Assembly (NCBI GenBank): GCA_964252035.1
Contig: OZ176201.1
DNA: 64,000 nt
From: Podarcis erhardii
Taxonomy: Eukaryota
Reading direction: 5' to 3' (one strand)
Shown: piece by piece, positions 10,652 to 21,345 of the stretch
Layout: each line of letters starts with the position of its first letter
Position numbering within the stretch: position 1 is the stretch's first letter
Position numbers and translations under genes: made by a program
Notes under the pieces: generated by a model
Told to the model about the DNA's origin: nothing
The model's input: only the letters and a program-made list of their open reading frames with translations
The model's database searches: none

Positions 10652-13600
10652 TCATAACTCCCTCCGCCGAAAGATCAAACATTTGGTGTATTCGGGCATC
10701 TCCAGCTGAGGAAGAAAAATAGGCGCCGAGTCATTGCATGAGGGAGGATGAGCAAAATGGAAACCTATGGGAGAAACTGCAGAGCTGGTGGGATCCCCCT
10801 CCCCATGAAACAAAGAGCAAGAGTGGGAAGTGGTGGTTGTGGTTTCTACAGTTCTATTTCATTGCCCCCTACAATATTGTAGGCTGACCTCAGCCTCTTA
10901 CCATGCGCTCGAGCCGCAGTGCATTAGTGTTTGCCAGTTGACGAAGCTCCTCCACATCTCTTAGTCCCCACTCAGGATTTCTGCCATTTTAAAAGTATAA
11001 TGTGTTAAAACAGAACATGGCCTCGTCACAACAAAATCTTTAGAGCCTTTCCCAAGGAAGGGAAAAAAGGCAGTAGGCTAAAAGGCTAAACACGGTCTCT
11101 GCCTGTAACTCATCTTCATCACCTAACACAATCTTGCCCTGTTGTCCATCTTCCATGCTATTACACAACAAGTAAATAGTGAGGAAATAAATCAATGGGA
11201 GCTTTCCAAGAAGCCTTCCCCCACCCCGCCTTGATCTCACTAGGCCTTTGGTGGTCACCGCAAGGAAGACAAGAGATGTCCTTCAGCTCTAACATACCTG
11301 GCCTGGAGCATGTTATCCAGTTGCACATTGCACTCTGGAAGGATGATCCCATTAACGGCGAAGGGCTGTGGAGTGGAAGCAGAGTGGGAATTAATTCCGG
11401 GCCAGCATTCTATGGGGCTCTTAGGCCAAAGGTCTAGAATGAAGGCAACAAGCCTAACATCAGTGATCCTTGAGCAAGCCCCGTTGAATTCAGTAGGATT
11501 TACTTCTGAGGAGGCATTGTGCTGTAAGACTCATGAGCACGGTCACGGAAGAGCAAGAAGTCTTGTGGCAGAACTGGATCAAAATATGAGCTGCTTTCCA
11601 ACCTTAAGGTTCTCCCTTTCCATCAAGTTGATGCAGGGGCGGTGGGGGATACTGCTTAGTGCTGGGCTTGGACATCCGAGCAGAGCAATAAGCAGAAGCA
11701 CTCGGCCTTCCTGTTGGCTGATGTAGAGGACCGTGATACTTGGGGCTACTGTTTTGCACATCAATTCAAAGGCTCCCAACAACAAGCTGGTGGTCGGGCA
11801 CTTTGAGAGCTGCACAAATCAAGACTTCTGGCATACTCCACCCATACCTAGATGTAATGAAATATGACCTTGCAGGTCAGATGGGGAATCCTGGCAAGCC
11901 CAGACTTTGCCTGTGATTGCCTTCCCACTGAGCTTAAGCTGTAATGGATGGTTTTCCTATACTCACCCCATAGGCCAAGCAAATGCCTCCAGGTTTCAGC
12001 AGTTGCCCTATGCCTTTAAACATTCCCTGTAACACAAAAGGTTATCTGTTGAATAAGTTCCTTTGCAGAGGTCAGTTTCCATAATATTGACCTAAGTGCT
12101 TTGTCATACCTCCAGGCCTTGATCAGTCATATGCAGCAGGTTAATAATAATGATGAAGTCACAACAGCCTTGACTCAAGCCAGCCCACTGGTCCCATGGC
12201 TGTGTTACATCTATGGCAAGGGGTTCTCGGACATTGGTCACCTTGGTGGCTTGGATGTAAGCAGAGATGCTGTGGGAAAAGATGGAAGATTCTTATTTTT
12301 GTGTGTAAAGCCATAATAAAAAAAGGGGATAACTACTTTCTCCAGTTTCCTTCCCTCTGGCCCCACAAAAAAGCAGCACTGGGTTTGAAATACAGTCAGG
12401 CAATATGGTGGGATGCTGAACCAGAGAAAGGCTAGACAAGGGTATGATATATGCATCCAACATTGATTCTCCAAGTTAAAGGGGTGGACACATTTTGATT
12501 TTTCCAAGTGACAGCGCTAAGATTTCAGATGTGACATGCTCTATGGATTATGGTCAGTGTAAATGACACAGGCACTCAATCACATGTGTATGTGACGCTA
12601 GCAACAAGCAATACAGCACACTGGCACAATCTCCCATGCCATTTTATGCCCTTCAGTTTCTGTCCTCATCCCTCCCAACACCTCTTGGTGAGCAATGACT
12701 ATTAGAAATGTTATTGCTATTTGAAAAGGAATACCCCACACAACACCCTCTTTACTCCATCTGTTGACTTAAGCTGTTTGCGCCAGATGATTTTTGCACA
12801 GGCCAAGATGCCACCTACAAAATGCTGTTACAATTTTATCCTCACCCTTGCGCATGTTTTGCAAATTGTAAATTTCAGGAATAGCTAACAATAAAATAAA
12901 ATGTAATGAAGGAACGTCTGGAAAAGCCCTTGGATGCTCGTCAACCGTTTGTTCATGTTTATCATACAACAACTCTAAAAAAATAATCCTCATTTCTCAT
13001 ACTGTAATCTAGTGCACATTAACCATGATAATTTTAATCTACCCACAATCCACAGACCCAGGCTAAGCAGTCAAAGCAACACCAGGTATTAAAACCAAGT
13101 TTTTAAAAAATGCATCTACCTTGGCATATACTGTTTTATTGCCAGATTATTCTATAGTCTAAAACAGGTTGCTACCAAGAAGTTCTCATTATTCTGTTTA
13201 AATGTACACATGCCGTTACTGCTTCAGCAGCAAGCCTTTCTTGCTTACCAAGAATATATGCACAGCTAGGATCTGTCCAATGCAGAACAGTCTAGCTATT
13301 TCTTGGAAAGGCATTTTCAGTCTACTGAACACAAGCTGCCATATGGTTTTTGACAGTCCCTTTTGGCTGACTATAAACAAGGACTAAGAGCCAGTTCTTT
13401 TTAGTGCAGATTTTGTGCCAACATTCTGCTGGGGCCAAGGCAAAGCATGGTCTACACGCCACTACAACACCCATCCCTTGCTGTCATCACAGGCCCCAGT
13501 GTACCTCTGTTGAGAAGCTGGGCTGATCTCTGAGGGTTGCCAGATGACCGTGGGCAAGGCCTGAGCAAAGTGCACCACATGCTGTCCTGTGCCAGATCCC

Positions 13601-13698
13601 AGTTCAAGCCCAAAAGCTGAGCTTGTGTCATCCACATAGTCAGCCAGCACCTCGAGGATGGTTTCCTTGTTTCTCTCAGCCATCGGTGAAACTAGCAT
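10652..13698 (-). CDS. METTL26-like (DUF938/UPF0585, 'methyltransferase-like 26 B' type) class I SAM-dependent methyltransferase; 204 aa from the ATG at 13698, possibly N-terminally extended from an exon at 15258-15271
   Basis: Minus-strand exons 13698-13505, 12269-12110, 12026-11967, 11365-11298, 10980-10902, 10705-10652 (TGA), all GT-AG and in frame: MLVSPMAERNKETILEVL...GLELGSGTGQHVVHFAQALPTVIWQPSE...SISAYIQATKVTNVREPLAIDVTQPWDQWAG...DFIIIINLLHMTDQGLEGMFKGIGQLLKPGGICLAYGPFAVNGIILPECNVQLDNMLQARNPEWGLRDVEELRQLANTNALRLERMLEMPEYTKCLIFRRREL. It is colinear with METTL26/C16orf13 as recalled. The symbol is left empty because orthology versus paralogy is untested. Confidence 0.9.
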
Positions 13699-15149
13699 CT
13701 TTTCTGGAGATAGGCTGTTCTCTTCTCCCGGGATTTCTGTTTGCTTTCTGATATCTCCAGCCCTACAATGATGCCCTAAGCTAGATTTATTAAAGCAAAG
13801 GAGATTACACTAAGATGCACTTGGCTACAGCAGGAAAGGCACGTGTTGCCCTTGCACCTGCAGCTCAGACAATCCTGCTGCAAGATTCAACACAATGTTT
13901 TCACTGGGATATTTTGTACAGACCTCTGAGCTGCGTGTTTGCTTCATACACCTGATGATCTATTCTACAAATTAGGCTGATCAAATACTCATCATGCTGC
14001 AATAAGATGGTTGCCTTTTAAGGGGCCACAGAATCCTGTTGTTTTTATTCAGAAACATGTTGCCTTTGGGATCTTGTTTCTGTTGGATTTTTTGTTAGAT
14101 TTTATGTATATGCAAATGCAATACAATAATACATAACATTAACAGCATTATTATACAAGATCACTTTCGTCTAGGAGTTTGTTTTGTGGGCTATTAAGAT
14201 CAGTGCCAGCTATCGGTAATAGGCTGGCTGCAATACTCCTGAATCAGGAATGTGTTCTAAATCAACAGTGCTGAGACTTGCGACCATCACTCACTGTATA
14301 AGAGGTCAAGAAATGGAACTGCTGAAACTAAAAAATACAACTTCATTTTATTGTGAAGGATCACATTAATGAATGCTTGTCTAAAGAAAAATGTTTTAGC
14401 AGGCATTGAAAAACAATACAAAAAGGCACCTTGTTAATAATACTGACAAAGCCTTCGGGGGCAGGATGAGCTCTGCTGTGGGGCTTCTGTTGTGAAGCAT
14501 TCTTTGGGAGCTTTTCCCATGGAGTTCTTCATTTGTGGTGTCTGGTGGGCAACTCTGTTTCTAAAAACATTCAGTTCTTATCAGCATTGGCTAAATTCAA
14601 ACTAATGCAAATCCTTGTCTCTGCATCTCTCCCACACAAATAGCCCTTTGTTTCAAGAAGGCAGACTGGGTGAAACACAAAGCTAATTCTGGATCCCAGC
14701 CAAGTTAGACTGCACATATTTGTGTTCTGTACATATCCAGCACGCTGCTATATATCAAATTACAAAAAAAAAAAAAATGTAAGTCAAGACTAATTCTGTA
14801 CATCACCAAAATCCTTTTGGAAATTATTGTTTACTCAGTAGTAGGTCCCACTGAATCCAATAGGGCTTGCTCCCAAGTGTTTCAAGGCTGCAGCCTTAGC
14901 TTAATTACCAGCTTTGTAAACAACCCGTGATTTGCTAGGCCGAATTTTAATTGTCAGCGGCCCCAGCGCCGTGCTGTTAGTATGTGCACTTGGTAATATC
15001 AAATTATGCCTTCCCAGCTTTTGAATCCCACCGGTCTCCTTGCTAAACGAATCAAACAACCACCTCTGAAGAGCTTAGTGGCACGTTCCGGGAACACCAT
15101 TTTACACCCATTTTACAGTTTACACCGCCTCCATTCCACGGGCTCCAAA

Positions 15150-15800
15150 CGCTCCTTCCTCTTCCCGCGCAAAGAAAACACGCTCCCAAATCCCGCGCGA
15201 CTTCCGCCGTTGCTAACAAACGCGTCTGCCGCCGCCGCCGAGCGCAGCAACGCCTACCATAAAGTCTTCATCCCTAGCGCGGCATTGGGTAAAGGTGGGA
15301 AGCGGCCCCAACGTCATCTCCATCAACCACGGAGATGCACGGCGGGCCGCCTAGAGCGCCGTCGATCGAACTCGGCCGCGATAGGTGCACCCCGCTGGAT
15401 CAGAGAGACGGAGCGGGCAGAGCGTTCCCTCGGCGTCCTCTGCCGCTCGCACGCCGGAGACAGAGGAGAGCGCCGGTGTGTCTCCGTCCTGCCCGCCTCC
15501 TGGAGCTGCCGCCATGGCCATGTTGCCCGCGGGCCGGCTCGGGACCGCTATCCGCCTGCTGCTGCGGTATGCAAGAGGCGGGAGGTGGGCTGGGCGGTGC
15601 CGAGGGGCCCGAAAGAGGTCGAGGTTAGGCGAGTTCACGTGCCAAACTCCCAGCGGAATCCCGCCTTTCCCGCGTGAGGGATGAGGCGCCCACGCGCGCT
15701 TACTCCGCCGTGAAATGTTCAAAGCTGCTTCGGGTGCTTCCCGTTTGGTGGTGCCCGCAACAGCTCTGAAAGGCGGGCCGCCCTCGCTAACCCCAAATCA
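15150..15800. promoter_or_regulatory. CpG island; bidirectional promoter shared by MRPL12 (+) and the METTL26-like gene (-)
   Basis: High GC and CpG density. Divergent ATGs at 15271 (-) and 15514 (+). ETS/GABP-like ACTTCCG at 15200-15206. YY1-like GCCATGTT overlaps the MRPL12 start. Confidence 0.75.
15258..15271 (-). CDS. Candidate first coding exon (MKTL-W) of the METTL26-like gene
   Basis: gggATG AAG ACT TTA TG|gtaggc inside the CpG island. Splicing to the acceptor at 13762 (ttgtag|G) gives an open, in-frame 26-aa extension MKTLWAGDIRKQTEIPGEENSLSPEK ahead of MLVSP. Confidence 0.45.
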
Positions 15801-18800
15801 GCATCGAGGGCGCGAAGCTGGTGGTGGCAAGTTTGCCAAAGGCCGACCTGCTGGTTTTTATGGCTGAGGCGAGACTTAAAACCAGAAACGTCCTGCTTCC
15901 TGGCTCCTGCTTTTAGTCGGTAGGCTAGGAGTGGGTAGGAGCTTAAAACTGAACGAAGGATGGGGTTCCCAAGGGTCATCTAGTCCAACCCCCTGCAACA
16001 CCAAGAGAAGGTCAGCCACTGGGCAGTCTCTGCTGGACAGCTTTGTGGAGCAGAGGACTTCCTTTTTGAAAATTAGAGTAGACCATGCAAGATTGAAGTC
16101 AGTCCACCCTGCACTTCACCTGCTCTGTTGACAACTATCTGCTCTGAGTTATCCCACTATGGAGCTCACAGTGCGAAAACAAATTTCTCTATACCTCACG
16201 TTGGAAAACACTTCAAGCTTTTAAAAATGCCTTTTAGTAATATGGACATTCTGAAGGAAATCAGCCCTGAGTGCTCACTGCAAGGCCAGATCCTGAAGCT
16301 GAGGCCCCAATACTTTGGCCACCTCATGAGAAGAGAAGACTCCCTGGAAAAGACCCTGATGCTGGGAAAGATGGAGGGCACAAGGAGAAGGGGATGGCAG
16401 AGGACGAGATGGTTGGACAGTGTTCTCGAAGCTACAAACATGAGTGACCAAACTGTGGGAGGCAGTGGAAGACAGGAGTGCCTAGTGTGCTCTGGTCCAT
16501 GGGGTCACGAAGAGTCGGACACGACTAAACAACAACAATAATATGGACATCTCCTTACATTTGTTTTTAAAATTACACTACAGTTTTGTCGCTTCCTTTT
16601 CCACAGCACCTACACCAAACCTACCTTCCCCTTTTCCACAGCACCTACACCAAACCATGTTTATATCACCCTTTCTTCTCACTTGGTTGGCCTTGCTGTT
16701 TCTCCTGAAGCACATCTGTTCTCATTTTTTCGTTCATTTACTGCTTGCACAGGTCTTTATGTTGTGAACCATAAAGTGCTGACAAACTCTATGTTGATTT
16801 TTCTACAGGCAGCATCAGCCACGAGCATGTGCTGTTAGGATGCTGAAGACTACCAGCTCACAGCGAAGTGAAGCCTTGGCAACTCCGCCTCTTGATAATG
16901 TTCCCAAGGAGTACTCGCCCAAGATTCAGCAGCTAGTTCAAGACATTGCCAGTCTCACCCTACTGGAGATTTCTGACCTCAATGAACTGCTGAAGGTGCC
17001 AGTGTTTGCATGGGAAGCAGAGTGATTGCTGTACTAGGGAAAGATGGGGCAGCAGACAGCTCATTGTTGGTCATGTCTTTCTCTTTTTCTGTAACAGTGG
17101 GATGGGGTGCTTTGGAATTCCTTCCCCAACTTCTGTGATGCATACGATATATAAGAAGGCTTAATATTTTTCTAACACTGTCTTTTTCTTCAGAAAACCC
17201 TCAAGATCCAAGATATGGGACTCATGCCAATGGCTGGGATGATGCCACCAGCACAAGCAGCAACTCCAGTAAGGGATCGTCCTTTTTACTTGCTGTTTAT
17301 TTGGGCTGAGTAGCAGCTGTAGCTGGGCAAATGTCTGAATGAAAAACTTCAGCAGCCCTACAAATGAGCATTCTGTTGAGAGAGTTGTGTGTGAAGGCAC
17401 CAAAGTATTACATAACAGGCATGTTGATTGCTTGAGGCTGTTGGACTAAGCATGCAGCCAGCCTGTTAGTTCTGCTGCAGTGTCATGGAAAAGGTTGTTT
17501 CAGTGTTGCTAACTCGTCAGATGACATTTTCCTGGATGTTACTGGTGTATAACAAACTCAGCAACTGGAGATGGGAATGCAGGGGTGAGAAAAGTTCTCT
17601 GCTAATAGGGGTTGTGGTTGTGCTTGGTATCGCAATCATCTTGTCACATTTATTTATTTACATACCCTGTCTTATGAACTCTTAAGAAATAAGATGTTCA
17701 GAACCAAAATACCATTTACTGTATATAAAAGCAACACAAAGCCATTAAGCTATCTTAAGAGTAAATAGCACTAACACCAGTGCAATGGGCCTGCCACTTA
17801 TGTGAGGTTCAGTTCCAGGGGTCCATGTGTAAAGGCAAAATCATGAGTATTCTGTCCCTGAAAAAGAGAGTGCCATTGCATCACATATTTTCAGGCCACT
17901 GCAACAATTTAAATCTAGCACATGATGTGTTGGGCCTGCAATAACCAAGGATAACCCTGTCATTATTGTGGACATCACAAAGACCTGAGCTGCAGGTGAT
18001 AGGGAAGCCTGGACATGGATGTTAAAACCCTTTACCTAAGATTGGGCAGATAGTTGTAATAACTCTTACTGCAGTTGACATCTCAGGGCTGATACTACAT
18101 CAAGAATCAAGTTGGGAGCTGTTGGATCAAAACAGGTCGGCTTGAATTATGCACTGAGTTCTTAGTTCTATATTCCTGGACAGTAGCGTTCACTAGAATT
18201 AAATACTCAGTGGTAGATGTTTTGTTGACAGTTGATTTGGCATTAATATGTTGCCCCTTGGCCCCTCACACACGCACAAACAAATCCCACTGCAGCCAAC
18301 CAAAGACAGTCAACCACATCCTAGGCCACCCCAGCCTCTCACACCACCAAGGAAACATAACAAGCGAATAGAAAGAGAACCTGTCCAAGTGACGCTGAAA
18401 CAACCCCCCTCCCCCGCGCACACGCTATGTCAAAGAACATGCACTTTACCATCCCACCCCTCCTCTCCCATCCCCTCCCTCTTTTCTTCCCAATATAAGT
18501 TGCCCCTTGGGGCCACACCTTTCTGTGACCCATTCCCCTTATTAAGATTTTCTAAGTACCATGTCAAGACAGTCTTTATAGTAGCTCTGTTTTGATATCA
18601 TCTTCCCATCCCAAAAAAATGCAGGGATTTGCGTAAACTGCATGCAATCACTTCCAAAGTTGCAGGCAAGTGCTCCTTAAATGTGAAGATTTCCACATCA
18701 AAGTCTCCTTTCTCAAAGGAGGTTACTTATACAACATTATGATACTTCTCCCTTGTAGCCTTAGATCAGTGTTTGCCAACCTGGTGCCCTCCAGGTGTCT

Positions 18801-20722
18801 TCGACTACAACTGCCATCTGGAGCTGTAGTCTAAAACATCTGGACAGCAGCAGGTTAGTGAAAATTGCCTGCTTGTATTACATTGGTTAAGAACTTGAGC
18901 ATTTGTGGAGCAGATGAAATGTCCATTTGGCCCGCCACCTATTTCCCATTGTGGACAATCAGAAGTTTCTGGTCCATATGCTGGGCCTTTCAAGTCAATA
19001 ACAATTCACCTGCTATGACTTCCAGTAACTGATTAGATATGCTCATTGGGCCACTTCCAGTAATAAAAAGCTGGTGTTCAGTTAAGGCAAGGCTTTTGGG
19101 CTGACCTACTGTCTATTCCTTCATCATTAAAGGAGAACTAGCATAGATGGTGAGGTGTTTTAATCTTCTTTCTAGTTTACTGTTGATTTTGATCAACTCT
19201 TAAATGTTTTAACTACTTGCTTCTAACTTTTCATTGATGGTTTTCATTTCTTGTAAACCGCATAACGGTTTTGTTGCAGTCAAGTGCTATATACATTATG
19301 GTTAAATAAAAATAAAGATTCAGCAATGGTCTTGCAGCCCAACACAATAATTTAGGGGAAATAATGAAGGAGTAGCTGGTGCAAGTTTTGTTAGATCTTC
19401 CCTCTGTATTTGGTACTTTGGTACTACCATTGGCTAATGAAACTTCAGGGATGTGAGGGTCAGGCTCCTGTTGCCAATTGTGAGTGGGTTTTTATCTTTT
19501 TTGCTAGGAAGCTGAAGAGGATTTTGTCCCCAAGAAGCCGGAGAAGATAAATTTTACAGTCAAGTTGACTGAATTGAATGCTGCAGATAAGGTGAAACTT
19601 ATCAAGGAGGTGAAGAATTGTATGCAAGGCTTAAACCTTGTCCAGGTAAGCAGATGGTGCTCAAGGTGAATGTGCTAAAGGCTTGAGGGAGGCAAGTTTC
19701 CTTTTACTTGTGCCATACAGAACTTAATTATCAAGTAGCCCCATCTACTTGGGCTACTTTCGTGCATTTAATGGTGGTGCAAGTACTTCCTTGCTCTCTG
19801 CCTCTTGTCTGATATATCCACAAGAGGTCTGCAGTCAGTACTTAGGGCAAATGCACATTTTGCTTGACCTGTACTTTGATTGTATTGTGTACCAATTTAT
19901 TCCCCTGGGTCCGGGAGCTTTTCTTTTTCTGTGGCTGTGCCTTCCGAAAATCTGATCCTACCTGCTGAATTGAAGCTCCATTAAGCAAAATCTCTCTTTG
20001 GATTTTCTGCACATCCATCAAAAAAGATCTGATTCAGTGGGAAAGATCAAATTTTCACAAGGCACAGTTGCAGAACAATGAGGAAAGCCCTGGGACCTTT
20101 AATCAGTACACGGTAATCAGGGGAAATGAATCAGTACACAATACAGGTCAGGTGAAGAGTATAGGAGCCCTTGGTCATACCACTTGGGGGCAGCAAATTA
20201 CAAAGAGATGAGCTGCCAAAGGAACGTTCACACGAGGAAAGTGAGGAGCTAATGCAGAGTTAGTGGAAGCGAATTTGCATCCTTTGAGATAGTACCAGCT
20301 AGTGTGGCAAGTCCCTTGCGAATCATGATACTCCAAAGAGGATTCTTCTAAGCATTTGGACTCTGGTCAGAAATGGCTTACTGTTTCTTGCCAGGAACTT
20401 GGCCAGCTGAAAATTAATACTGCCGCTTCAGCCTAGGAAATGCTTCTGCTTGGCTCATCTTCTAGGCTGCGTGATCTGCGAAGTGGGGAGATAGGGGCGA
20501 AGTCACAGAGGGTCCCATACTAGTGGGAGCAGACAGCAGCGGCTTCTTGGGTTCAGCGTTATCCCTTTCCGTGGCTAACTGGAGTGGCTCTCTTATCTCT
20601 TGCAGGCGAAAAAGTTGGTAGAGTCTCTTCCTCAAGAGATCAAGGCACACGTCTCTAAAGAGGAAGCGGAGAAAATCAAAGCTGCTCTGGAGGCAGCAGG
20701 AGGGACTGTCGTTCTGGAGTAA
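15514..20722 (+). CDS. MRPL12: Mitochondrial ribosomal protein bL12m (39S L12), 189 aa, spliced
   Basis: Exons 15514-15566, 16809-16995, 17194-17268, 19508-19645, 20606-20722 (TAA), all GT-AG. Kozak gccgccATGG (a second in-frame ATG at 15520). Peptides: [87 protein letters not shown]. Confidence 0.96.
16250..16538 (+). mobile_element. BovB/RTE LINE 3' end with 12-bp TSD
   Basis: ORF2 C-terminus [49 protein letters not shown]; (CAA)n tail; TAATATGGACAT at 16238-16249 and 16539-16550. Confidence 0.9.
16596..16656. repeat. Direct repeat, 26 bp, period 35
   Basis: CTTTTCCACAGCACCTACACCAAACC at 16596-16621 and 16631-16656. Confidence 0.85.
18262..18498. mobile_element. Unclassified 237-bp insertion with 12-bp direct repeats
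   Basis: GTTGCCCCTTGG at 18250-18261 and 18499-18510; the interior is strongly C/A-rich on the + strand. Confidence 0.5.
18772..18865. mobile_element. Degenerate hAT-type MITE of the GACTACAACTCCC family
   Basis: CAGTGTTTGCCAACCT...GACTACAAC...TGTAGTC...ACATCTGG matches the better-preserved copy at 44911. Confidence 0.55.
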
Positions 20723-21179
20723 CGGTTGGCATCGGCAGCCAAAGGACTAAAGCAGAGCAGGGGGAAGTCCTGCGCTCTGTCACCCACCTGAAGCTTTTAT
20801 TTGCCTGCTGACTGGTGGTGGTGGGATGCTGTGCAGTTCCATGAAGCTGTGCCCCGCCTTGTTTTCTCTGCAATGTGGTTGTCCACTGAGATGGCCCAGT
20901 GTGGGATGAATGTCTTCGGCACAATGGGGGTCTGTTGTTTGTACCAACACTGCAAGGAACTGAATCTATAAAGAGTATACACGGGGGCAAATGCCTTTAG
21001 AACAAGTGTTGTGTGAGCAGACTTTCTTGCATACCAGTGTCCCTCTTCACCTGGAAGCGCTCCCTGGTTTGTGCGTTTTTGCACCAGATCCTGCTAGCTG
21101 CTCATCTTAGGGTCTCTTGGTGGTATTCAGGGCCACTCTCTTAGCTGCAGTTTCTAACATGACCCACAAGGACAGCCTT

Positions 21180-21345
21180 CCCAGTTGACTGGGAGGCTGT
21201 GGACTCTCCGTCCTTGGAGGTTTTTAAGCAGAGGTTGGATGGCCATCTGTCACAGATGCTTTAGTTGAGATTCCTGCATTGCAGGGGGTTAGGCTAGATG
21301 TCCCTCTGAGTCCCTTCAGACTCTTCAGTTCTTTGATACTGTGAT
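21180..21345 (+). mobile_element. CR1 LINE 3' end
   Basis: GTGGACTCTCCGTCCTTGGAGGTTTTTAAGCAGAGGTTGGATGGCCATCTGTC...GCATTGCAGGGGGTT; homologous to 38620-38770. Confidence 0.75.

Noticed and set aside
15006-15722. Overlapping ORFs up to 223 aa at the MRPL12 promoter
   Set aside because: Stop-poor CpG-island sequence with low-complexity Arg/Pro/Ala translations; only MRPL12 exon 1 and the 14-nt minus-strand exon have splice support.
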